A stretch of 64,000 bases of DNA, from NCBI GenBank assembly GCA_964016885.1, contig OZ024752.1:5394001-5458000 (forward strand), written 5' to 3'. The position numbers and the translations under genes were made by a program. Under the pieces are notes generated by a model, which worked only from the letters and a program-made list of their open reading frames with translations, did no database searches and was not told where the DNA came from. Positions 50,701-59,445 of this stretch are shown piece by piece (position 1 is the first letter of the stretch; every line of letters begins with the position of its first letter). Origin of the DNA: Eledone cirrhosa. Lineage: Eukaryota.

Positions 50701-53700
50701 TGTTCCTTTTATAGGAGGTGACCGGAAGTGACCAACAGGGAGTCTGTCAATCCCAAAGGGAAGCAACTCCAGCTACTTCCTGTCTAGAGAGCGGTGATGA
50801 GATTGTCATGACCAGGGAGGCAACTCTTGCTACAAAACCTTACTTTCCAATAGAGTGGCATCTTCATAATCTTGTGTTAAAGAATTATATGTTTCAATGG
50901 AAGATTTGTTGAGTTTCACATAAAATTTGATTGTGTTCTATTATTTGATTTTTTTCTTGCATCGCAAACGTAACAGACATTATAAACACATCTGTACATA
51001 AACATCAATAATTCCTGATTGGTTTAATTAATCATGTTGAAACAAGTATGCATGTGTAGCCAAGGTCATAACCAACACACTTATATACATAACCGAGGTG
51101 CTGCATTACCGTGTTAAACATATAAAAACCAGTAGTTTTGTGATAAGCCTCATATGTTGGCGTTGTGAATAAAGTCAGAATGACCAAGAAATACCTCAGT
51201 GGACATAAAATATTATAAATGTCAGAGTTGTTTATATTCAATGAGACACAACTCATATTGCTGGTATGGGTGTGTGGTACATATGAAAGAGAGCTGAATA
51301 AAATAGTGCAGGGAAAATATAGAAGAATTAGACTAAAGAAAATTTGGGATGTAATGGTAATGGCTGACCTCACAAAGCTGAACCTTATGAAGGATACGAC
51401 ACAGGATCAAGTTATCTGGAAATATGTGATGCTGCAGAAGACTTAACTTCCCACATGAACAGGATAGAACGTGTAAGGAGAGAGTGGTGGTACAAACGTA
51501 GGCTGACTATAAAGGAATGGTGCTAGAGCTGTGAAATCTTGCATGCATTAATTTCAACTTTTCTTATTCACAACTGCATTATTTCTTTCCATGGAATATG
51601 TTGGAAAATTAACCTCATTTGGTCATTCCATGAGAGTATCTTGGTCAGACAATGAATTTTTCTGCTGGCCCTCATAATAGCAGAAGGTACAATATTTAGA
51701 TCTCTACCCACCTGCTAAATATGTCCTTGACATTTCCATACCTCATCCACCTAGCTATCCCCATCACATATAATCTTATCCCCCCCCCCCCCACACACAT
51801 TCCATTTCACCACCTGAGTCTTCCCACTCATCCCACAACTCTGATTCCTCCTTTCTTGTTCAATCCACGCCAGCAGGGAAAGATGGATGTACTTCCCTGA
51901 CACAGTGTACTGTCAAATGTCATTTCTTCACATTCTCACTCAATGGTACATACCTCTCCCCACTACCAATATTCCCCCTCCATCTCTCCCCCTAGGTCAC
52001 TACCAAACCTCCCTATCTTTCCCCCTCTTCTCAAACTCTTTCTCTGCCACCTTAGTAATCCCATCCTCCTTGATCCTCAGTTTTTAGTTCAACTTTCCAA
52101 TCCAATAGTTTCAAGTTGATATTAATTATCAAAATTTTTTTTTTATATTACTTAAAAAATGTAAAATAGATGTTTATTGTCAATACATGTGTTTCACTCC
52201 CAAAGTTGGCTTAAACATCATTGATACGTAAATATGAAAATAATAGATAAAAACAAAATAAAAAAATGAGAAAAAGTGGAAGAGGTAAAGTAGGGCAGAT
52301 GTGGCTGTATGGGAATGTAGCAGAAAGGACTCTAAATGCCATAAATGAAAGGAAAAGCATGGTAAAAGCAAGAACTCTTGGGTCACAGAAAAAAGGGAGG
52401 GGGAAAAGGAGAGGGTGATGGGCTCTGAGCTTAGGGCACAGTTTGGGCTGCACCCTGTGGACTCACTATCTCTTTTACTTCTTTACTATTAAATAATTAA
52501 ATATTTATTTATCCTTCCCCTACAATTTACTTACCCCTTAACCCTTTAGCATTTAAACCGGCCGTATCTAGCCAGAACATTCTCACCTCTTTCTGTTCAG
52601 ACTGGCTGTAACTGACCGCTCAAACCTACATTAAGGATTTGTTCTCAAAATAAATAACATCAAAATCTTGTGGATTTGATATTACAGGAGATAATTATGT
52701 AAGATAAAGCCTTTACTGCGAAAATACAATAGTAAATATAGAATAATGTAAATGCTAAAGGGTGAACATTTAATATAGTTCTTCTGAATTATAATAATTA
52801 CACGAGGTACATACTACATATTGTAAATTTTACTCTTACTCTACATCTTACTTTTTTATAATTTTATATTTTCCCTATGTATCATATTTTATCTTATAGT
52901 ATATCATTTTATAGTTATTTGATACTCCATATGTAATCTGATATTAAGCAACCCATTCAACTTAACACTAGCTACTCACTTAATTTAATTTATCTTCAAT
53001 TTTACCTTCAGCTGTGTACATGCATTTTTTTATCTACACTATGTAATTTTATCACCATTATCATTCAGTATCGGTAGGATGTCAGACGCCATGCTTTGCA
53101 GCATAGTTATGGCCCTTTACGTTCTGAGTTGAAATCTCACTGAGGTTAACTTTGCCTTTCATCCTTAGAGGGTCGATAAAATAAAGCACCAGTAATGCAC
53201 TGGGGTCCATTTAATTAAACGCCCCCCCCCCCCCAGCATTGCTGACCTTGTACCTAGAGTAGAAATCATTATAATTACTTTGCGGTGGATTGGCAGTATC
53301 GGTAGAGGGTCGGACGCCATGCTTTGTTGCACAGTTACGTCCCTTTACGAACAGAGTTAAAATCCCGCCGAGGTTAACTTTACCTTTCATCCTTACAGGG
53401 TCGATAAAATAAAGTACCAGTAATACACTGGGATAATTGCTGGCCTTGTGCCAAAAGTAGAAACAATTATAATTACTTTGTAATATTTATATTCATATTT
53501 CTTCTTAATTTATTGCGGTGGATTGGCAGTATTGGTAGAGGCTTCAGGAGTAAACCCCGAGGATAAATCCAGCTGCTGAAGAACTGTGCAGAGCCATTTA
53601 TAGCTTGCCTGCTGGAAAGGCACCAGGAATGGAAGGCATCCTCTCAGAGGTCATCAGGTGTGCAAAGGGAGTGCTACATAGCGGGAGAGTTGGATGAGCA

Positions 53701-56241
53701 GCCTCCACATATGCCAGGCTGACGAAGAAGAGTCTGAGAGAACAGAAAACTAACTACAAACACCAATATTACTGTCTACAAGGCGTGTGTCCTCAGCACA
53801 CTACCTTATAACAGTGAGAGATGAAGCCTCTACACCTGACATGATTGGTGTCTCAATGTCTTACACCTTTGTAGCCTGAGACACATTCTGGATATCAAGT
53901 AGACTGACCGGGTCATAAACATTGAGGTCCTCAACTACGCCAAGATACTCAGCATATACACCCTGCTCCAACAGTGCCATCTGCACTGGCTCGATCATGT
54001 GCATTACATGCCGGACAGGAGGATCCCCAAACACCTACCATTTAGGGAACTGGCCACTGGCACAAGAACACGAGAACGACTTCATTTTCACATCAAAGAC
54101 ACCCAAAGCAGGGATATGAAGTTGATAGAACTGGACACCCAGAGATGGGAGGAAGTCGCTAGTGACACCTACAGGAGGGATATGAAGTTGATAGAACTGG
54201 ACACCCAGAGATGGGAGGAAGTCGCTAGTGACACCTACAGGAGGGATATGAAGTTGATAGAACTGGACACCCAGAGATGGGAGGAAGTCGCTAGTGACAC
54301 CTACAGGAGGGATATGAAGTTGATAGAACTGGACACCCAGAGATGGGAGGAAGTCGCTAGTGACACCTACAGGAGGGATATGAAGTTGATAGAACTGGAC
54401 ACCCAGAGATGGGAGGAAGTCGCTAGTGACACCTACAGGAGGGATATGAAGTTGATAGAACTGGACACCCAGAGATGGGAGGAAGTCACTAGTGACACCT
54501 ACAGGAGGGATATGAAGTTGATAGAACTGGACACCCAGAGATGGGAGGAAGTCGCTAGTGACACCTACAGGAGGGATATGAAGTTGATAGAACTGGACAC
54601 CCAGAGATGGGAGGAAGTCGCTAGTGACACCTACAGGAGGGATATGAAGTTGATAGAACTGGACACCCAGAGATGGGAGGAAGTCGCTAGTGACACCTAC
54701 AGGAGGGATATGAAGTTGATAGAACTGGACACCCAGAGATGGGAGGAAGTCGCTAGTGACATCTACAGGAGAGATATGCTCGAAAAAAGAACAACACAGT
54801 TGCACCAGAAGAGAGCAGCCTCTAGCCTGCCAAATCTCTGTCCTTGATAACCTGTCCTTCCCATACCAACATTGAAAGCAGACGTAAAATGACAATGTCT
54901 GCTTATGTCTAACGAAACCATTGGTAACGTATGAATAAATCAAATTGTTAATACAAATGTGTGTGTGTGTGTGTGAGTGTGTGAGTCTGTTTGTGTATAC
55001 CTATATAGAAATATATACTAAAAGAAAAGAGAGAATATAAAACAAGATCAAAACAAAAAGAAGACACAGGGTAAGAAGAAAAGCCACTGAGAAGGTCACA
55101 AGACGTGGATTAGGTAGATAATAAAACTGAAGTGAAACTAAACAGGTACGTGTGTTATATTGACAGCATGACCCTCCCAAAGTATCACTATATATACACA
55201 CATACGTACATATATACATATATACTGGCAAAAGGACTCTCCCAAAGTATAACTATATATACACACTTATGTACATCCAGCCTGTAGCTTTCGAGACGTT
55301 TGGGGGAGTCGGGCCGCTGACTACGAGTTTCCTCTCTTCACTGGCGGCTCGCTTAATAGAGGTAACTGGCGAATCTCGCGAGGGCACTTGGCTGTTTCAG
55401 CGCATTAGCCTCGCCATCACCCGAGGTAACGCTGCTAGTGTGCTGGCTTGCCTAAAAAATCATTAGAGAGGTTGCCCAGTACTCCTCGCGACGTTGCTGT
55501 CTTTTGCTCTGGTGTTGGCTCCGTTGTTCACCCCTTCCTTTACATTTTCTTTAATATTGCAACATTAAAGGAATATATCCTTCTGAAAGGATCGCGAGCA
55601 ATTTATGTCATTTAAGCATTTGTAATGTTATTTATATATATATATATATATTTAAAACATATTTGTTATGTTATTCTACTGTAAATTTATTTATATGCTT
55701 TGTATATATCATATGTAAACATACATATTGGCAAAATGACTCTCCCAAAGTATAACTATATATACACATATACGGCAAAATGACTCTCCCAAAGTATAAC
55801 TATATATACACATATACGTACATATATACACATATACGGCAAAAAGACTCCCCCCAAAGTATAACTATATACACACCCATACAAACACAATAATTTTCAT
55901 TATTATCATAATATATACATGTTATGGTATGCTTCCGTAACTCTTGATGGAGTCGTAGGGGTGCCGTAGTGAAATACGGCTTTTCTTGGGCATCTTAAGC
56001 CTGGCAGAGTCCTTCCCTCTCCAGGAATACATACATACATAGGTATTTATATACATACACACAGTGTGTATATATATATCCTTTTATGCCTTCATGTGGA
56101 ACGAGTTTATGGAAGTACGTAAGAGTACTTCAGAGAAATATGAATTTAAACTTTTCAAGCTAGACATTAAAAATCACGAATAAAGTTATACTTTTTTGAA
56201 TTTAAGTTTTACGACAATATTAAACAATGTTTACTCACCAT
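17015..56241 (-). CDS. Spliced gene model: type I membrane immunoglobulin-superfamily receptor, SP-(IgA-IgB)x3-TM-short tail, about 656 aa
   Basis: Exons 56241-56239, 48936-48867, 39195-38917, 36915-36604, 31480-31202, 29217-28906, 25558-25280, 23280-22969, 19659-19555, 17034-17015. All GT-AG and phase-compatible; total 1971 nt with no internal stop. Confidence 0.8.
17262..17468 (-). mobile_element. tRNA-derived SINE (first family)
   Basis: Reverse complement of the 7682/53068-type SINE body. Confidence 0.7.
17595..17779. mobile_element. hAT-type MITE with 8-bp TSD ATATAGAG
   Basis: TIRs CAGACATGAGAAAC / GTTTGACATGTCTG; ATATAGAG at 17587-17594 and 17780-17787; internal ggccc/gggcc subterminal motifs. 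Confidence 0.85.
17780..18069. repeat. 32-bp minisatellite, about 9 copies
   Basis: Unit atatagaggggtcactttagacytgacagaca. Confidence 0.95.
19555..19659 (-). CDS. Transmembrane exon ([35 protein letters not shown])
   Basis: Acceptor tatattttcag, donor AG|GTTGGT, 105 nt, phase 1-1; hydrophobic helix followed by a basic stop-transfer segment. Confidence 0.85.
20362..20408 (-). CDS. Candidate alternative terminal exon ([15 protein letters not shown]) for a secreted isoform
   Basis: Acceptor ttttttgacag in phase 1, S/T/P-rich reading, TAA then AATAAA 5 nt later. Confidence 0.3.
21870..22247 (+). mobile_element. Penelope-like element terminal fragment
   Basis: Contains a minimal hammerhead-like motif; inverted homolog at about 63757-63960; ends in a TA/TACA microsatellite. 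Left boundary is approximate. Confidence 0.55.
22149..22189 (+). ncRNA. Minimal type I hammerhead ribozyme-like motif (U3-A8 variant)
   Basis: CCC-UUGAGAA-GCCCA ac UGGGU-GAA-AC GUAC GU-A-GGUG. Confidence 0.6.
22244..22925. repeat. Compound (TA)/(TACA)/(CA) microsatellite
   Basis: Direct; related tracts at 27507-27797, 28399-28860, 35195-35497 and 36097-36558. Confidence 0.97.
22969..23280 (-). CDS. Ig-like domain B exon, copy 1 (membrane-proximal)
   Basis: gtgtttttag acceptor, G|GTAAGT donor, 312 nt, phase 1-1; FTLKC, W at C+10, [15 protein letters not shown]. Confidence 0.9.
23543..23917. repeat. (CAC/CAT)n trinucleotide tract (also 29480-29845 and 37178-37552)
   Basis: Direct. Confidence 0.95.
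24740..25010 (+). mobile_element. RTE LINE fragment in intron (copies at about 30.7 and 38.4 kb; partial copies at both duplication junctions)
   Basis: Degenerate [46 protein letters not shown]. Confidence 0.75.
25280..25558 (-). CDS. Ig-like domain A exon, copy 1
   Basis: ttttgttctttttcag acceptor, A|GTAAGT donor, 279 nt, phase 1-1; LIFQC, W at C+11, LHFT, YISC. Confidence 0.88.
26237..27245. repeat. 58-bp satellite array 1 (about 17 copies)
   Basis: Unit ccaccttatacaataaactactggatrttggaggaaacagtgtgatatttcacacayt. Confidence 0.97.
27246..27356 (-). mobile_element. 111-bp copied end of the Mag element at duplication junction 1
   Basis: Matches 40709-40819. Confidence 0.9.
27797..28398 (-). 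mobile_element. Non-autonomous RTE-derived element (5' UTR joined to 3' zinc-finger end) inside microsatellite
   Basis: Identical copy at 35495-36096 and diverged copy at 62989-63525; [22 protein letters not shown] zinc-finger remnant; ctaggagaaggaaaactctga motif of RTE-type 5' UTRs. Confidence 0.6.
28906..29217 (-). CDS. Ig-like domain B exon, copy 2
   Basis: Same splice sites and length as B1; 6 amino-acid differences. Confidence 0.9.
31202..31480 (-). CDS. Ig-like domain A exon, copy 2
   Basis: Same splice sites and length as A1; 2 amino-acid differences. Confidence 0.88.
32159..34933. repeat. 58-bp satellite array 2 (about 48 copies)
   Basis: Same unit as array 1. Confidence 0.97.
34934..35044 (-). 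mobile_element. 111-bp copied end of the Mag element at duplication junction 2
   Basis: Matches 27246-27356 and 40709-40819. Confidence 0.9.
35495..36096 (-). mobile_element. Non-autonomous RTE-derived element, duplicated copy
   Basis: Matches 27797-28398. Confidence 0.6.
36604..36915 (-). CDS. Ig-like domain B exon, copy 3
   Basis: Same splice sites and length; 6 amino-acid differences from B1. Confidence 0.9.
38917..39195 (-). CDS. Ig-like domain A exon, copy 3 (N-terminal, membrane-distal)
   Basis: Same splice sites and length; 11 amino-acid differences from A1. Confidence 0.88.
39874..40708. repeat. 58-bp satellite array 3 (about 14 copies)
   Basis: Same unit. Confidence 0.97.
40709..44240 (-). 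mobile_element. Mag-type Ty3/Gypsy LTR retrotransposon, internally deleted, inserted in the satellite with 5-bp TSD GATGG
   Basis: 5' LTR 44240-44006 (TG...CA); PBS TGGTGTCAGAA; gag with two Cys/His knuckles; KIDTGA protease; [15 protein letters not shown]; RNase H DASKHG, NDHKPL; integrase HxxH...CxxC; TSD at 40704-40708 and 44241-44245. Confidence 0.93.
44006..44240 (-). repeat. 5' LTR (235 bp) of the Mag element
   Basis: Starts TGTTCATG, ends TATAACAACA; contains AATAAA; followed 3 nt later by a tRNA-Leu-type PBS. Confidence 0.85.
44241..48151. repeat. 58-bp satellite array 4 (about 63 copies, higher-order structure, three 77-bp inserts)
   Basis: Same unit; inserts at 45610-45686, 45864-45940 and 46988-47064. 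Confidence 0.97.
48867..48936 (-). CDS. Signal-peptide exon ([23 protein letters not shown])
   Basis: Acceptor tttttcttttatatacag, donor G|GTAGGT, 70 nt, phase 0->1; Leu-rich core; joins exon A3 in frame (Y-V-P-T-T). Confidence 0.78.
49018..49200 (-). mobile_element. tRNA-derived SINE (first family)
   Basis: Matches 17262-17468. Confidence 0.65.
49300..49850 (+). mobile_element. Highly degenerate non-LTR RT fragment (R4/NeSL-like)
   Basis: [13 protein letters not shown] reading at about 49508-49552, resembling GIFQGDSLSPLLF. Confidence 0.4.
52542..52762. mobile_element. piggyBac-type MITE, inverted relative to the 16612 copy
   Basis: Same TIRs; TTAA on the left, TGAA on the right. Confidence 0.82.
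53068..53470 (+). mobile_element. Two tandem tRNA-derived SINEs (a third truncated head at about 53515)
   Basis: Repeated gagttgaaatctc/gagttaaaatccc...aactttgcctttcatcc...ggtcgataaaataaag. Confidence 0.75.
53545..54850 (+). mobile_element. Decayed RTE LINE fragment (second family) containing a 66-bp minisatellite
   Basis: GKAPG..GI..EV; [10 protein letters not shown]; [23 protein letters not shown]. Confidence 0.75.
54109..54776 (+). repeat. 66-bp minisatellite x10 ([22 protein letters not shown])
   Basis: Direct; nearly perfect copies. Confidence 0.97.
55267..55720 (+). mobile_element. 3' fragment of a CRE-like non-LTR retrotransposon (restriction-like endonuclease C-terminus + 3' UTR)
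   Basis: [11 protein letters not shown]...FL..LA.RL....[20 protein letters not shown]; flanked on both sides by a gactctcccaaagtataactatatatacac tandem repeat. Confidence 0.7.
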
Positions 56242-56335
56242 TAACAACAAAGCTTACATCTGTGTTATATGTTGTAAATGCGGATGTAAAACTGTTCAAA
56301 ACTTAAGTACTTTAGTTTGTTTATCTACTTATATA
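56239..56335 (-). promoter_or_regulatory. Candidate core promoter and first exon (TATA, Inr-like, 5' UTR, ATG|GTGAGT)
   Basis: TATATAAG at 56335-56328; TTAAGTT about 30 nt downstream; ATG at 56241-56239 directly followed by the consensus donor GTGAGTAA. Confidence 0.6.
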
Positions 56336-56341
56336 AGTAAT

Positions 56342-57525
56342 ATAAGTGTCAGTCACAGACAGACACGCCTATAACGGCGGCGACGATTAGAAACCGAATC
56401 TGAGCTTTCCCGCCTATGGTACGTTCAGGAGACTAACCCCTTGCGAGAGGCTAAACACAGGTCAGAGGTGTTTACGCCTGACAGAAAATAGGTCAGAGGA
56501 TATATCCATCTTTCTGACTTGTTTACGTTTGGCAAACTAATCACTTGGGAGACTAACCAAAGTTCAGAGGATATATCTATCCTTCTAACTTCAACTCTTA
56601 TAAAGACAGGGATTGTTTACGCCAAAAATAATATAAGTGTAGGGATTGTGTGTGTATAATGGTGAAATATTGATAAGGCATGTGTATGCCGGAAAAATGA
56701 ACAAGTAGGTGAATGGATTCATTATAAAAATAATTTATTTCACTGGAACTTAATTTGTGGTTATGTACACATCATGCTTTACTACATACAAAAAATGTTA
56801 CTGTTGACAACTGCTACGAGCTGTTAGAAAATAGAACCAGGATACATTTGTGGAACTGGTGTGTTAGAATGAATATGTTTGTGTGAGTGAGTGTGTGTAG
56901 TTCATCTGACACAGTAGGTCTCTCTGTGTGGTGTCAGACCAGTTTTCTGTTTTCGGGTTTCCCTTGACTCTCATATATATAATGTTGCGGTGGCTAGAAT
57001 GATAGACATACCGCAACAGAGTTTCTACGTCCTTCGGTCAATTTGACTTTGGCTTGACCTAGCTGAGGTCGTAGGTCAAAGGGAGGCGATCAATCACTTT
57101 TTGACAGGACAAAGAAAAAACCTTTCTTTGGCGCCTGTCGTCGTGATTTTGAACAGCGAGAATTCTTAGATTCGGTTTCGAATCTAGGCTTGGAGAAGGA
57201 AGTGTTATTTGTTACATAAGTGTCAGTCACAGACAGACACACCTATAACGGCGGCGAAGATTAGAAACCGAATCTGAGCTTTCCCGCCTCTGGGACAAGC
57301 CGTGGTAACTTGTTTACGTTCAGGAGACTAACCCCTTGCGAGAGGCTAAACACAGGTCAGAGGTGTTTACACCTGACAGAAAATAGGTCAGACGATATAT
57401 CCATCTTTCTGACTTGTTTACGTTTGGCAAACTAATCACTTGGGAGACTAACCAAAGTTCAGAGGATATATCTATCCTTCTAACTTCAACTCTTATAAAG
57501 ACAGGGATTGTTTACGCCAAAAATA
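56342..57525. repeat. About 290-310 bp direct repeat pair (56342-56630 and 57216-57525) upstream of exon 1
   Basis: Near-identical; copy 1 lacks about 21 bp. Confidence 0.93.
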
Positions 57526-58997
57526 GAAAAGAAGTGGATACAGACAAGACAAGACGTTTTTACAAGCTCTCGTCACGAAAAACCAGTCTGCCATTTATTC
57601 TCACCTTCCTGGCTGATCGCTGACTCCTGCAATACAAATAAGTAAATATACTCATACGCCGCACACACGCATTCAAAGTGAGTCCAGCATTTGTACACGC
57701 ACCATTCATTTCTGTTTACACATATTATAATCGTATTCTGTGATATTTGAATTTACGTGGCTCGAAGAATCACCAAATTATTGTATGAATATTTTGTGTC
57801 GATTATTTTATCATTCAATATTCAAATTGAATATTGTTGTAATAAAATAAACTTTGTAACAACACTCCTGGTATTTTTCTTTACGCCGAAACCACCATAC
57901 CAACAGTTACATCCATCGATCCACTTGTCGTTACAACCACACATAATATTCTGTTACACACCTATATACTCAAACTTTGCCTCTTCCCCTTCTCTCTTTC
58001 TTTCTCTTATTCAAAATAACTTCACATCTAATCAGGTTATGTTAGACAACTGTGCAAAAGACTTATTCTATTTAAAATGTCATTTTAGTCTCTTCTCTTA
58101 TTTTCACCCTATTTTTTTTATTGTTTCTGTGTAGTTCATACCCCTTTCTTGGTCACCCTGTTTACTCTTCTATTTTACAGTACGGTGAGTGTGGTCTATA
58201 TTTACCACATGTGGCCCGGGGGCCCACAGTAGCATTGCAGAGACCTACTGTAATATTTTAGGGGCCAATGCTTTGCTTTCGAAAAATATCTTTAAAAACA
58301 TGTCTTGGAGAAAGAATAAACATTTTCTAAAAATAAATAAACAAATAAGCAAAGCATTTGGTCAAACAATTCCTTAGGGAATTAATAAAAACCAAAATAT
58401 ATGATAATGCTAACGCTTAGAATGGAGCATACATACATGGACAGACAGACAGACACATGCATATATATATATATAAACAAGCAGTGTAAGTCAACAGAGT
58501 AAAATTAGCTTTGTTTATTTATATTCGCTGCTATATATATTTCATAGCACTACAGTGGAGTAGGTCAACCTGACCAGAATATATATTCAGGCTCCTCCAG
58601 CACATCTCCCTCACCATCCTCCGAGGAAACACCTTCTCCATTCTGTCTGCTGGGGCTGGGCTGTGGGGAGGCGGCCACCACTTGGGACCCCATTTGCTCA
58701 CCATACAGAGATGGGGAGGGCGAGAGAGATGGAAGCAATGACAGTGGGGGGTTAGGATCTTCCATGTTTGGACCATATCCTTGTTGGTTGTGTTCATTAA
58801 GCAGTAAATGAGTCTGTTTATATGTATAGACATATAAACATATAGATACCAGACACAGGCTGATCTGTTTCTAGGAGAATTTCAATAGACTTTCGGCTGG
58901 GTGAGACTTTCAGGTGAGGGCATATCCTTTGGACTCCGAAATTCGTTCATTCTAAACCATACGCTTGCAGTTCCTCTTTTTCTCTCTATATCTTTAT

Positions 58998-59175
58998 TGG
59001 CAGTATCAGTAGGGGGTCGGACACCATGCTTTCCACCATAGTTACGTCCCTTTACGATCTGAGTTCAAATCTCGCCAAGGTTGACTTTGCCTTTCATCCT
59101 TACGGGGTCGATAAAATAAAGTACCAGTAATGCACTGGGTAATTGCTGGCCTTGTGCCTAAAGTAGAAACAATTA
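58998..59175 (+). mobile_element. tRNA-derived SINE (first family)
   Basis: tggcagtatcagtag...gagttcaaatctc...gactttgcctttcatcc...ggtcgataaaataaagtaccag. Confidence 0.75.
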
Positions 59176-59380
59176 TTATTGATGATGTAATTTGAATTTG
59201 TAAATTTGCCGGTTACATATATATTTTTTTAACAGTTTCCAAAGATCTAGTAGAGTTAACATCGTATTTAAAATTGAGTGGCACTGCTTTTAGTGTTCAG
59301 AAATTTTTAGAATTGTTAGATTGCAAATAAATCCCCTTTTTTTGTACTGTTGACCATGTTATTCTTCACTTTTTCAATTT

Positions 59381-59413
<33 letters not shown>

Positions 59414-59445
59414 ATTTACATACATACATATATACATATATATAC

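Noticed and set aside
56342-57525. Direct repeats as LTRs of a TRIM
   Set aside because: No TG...CA ends, PBS, PPT or outer TSD found
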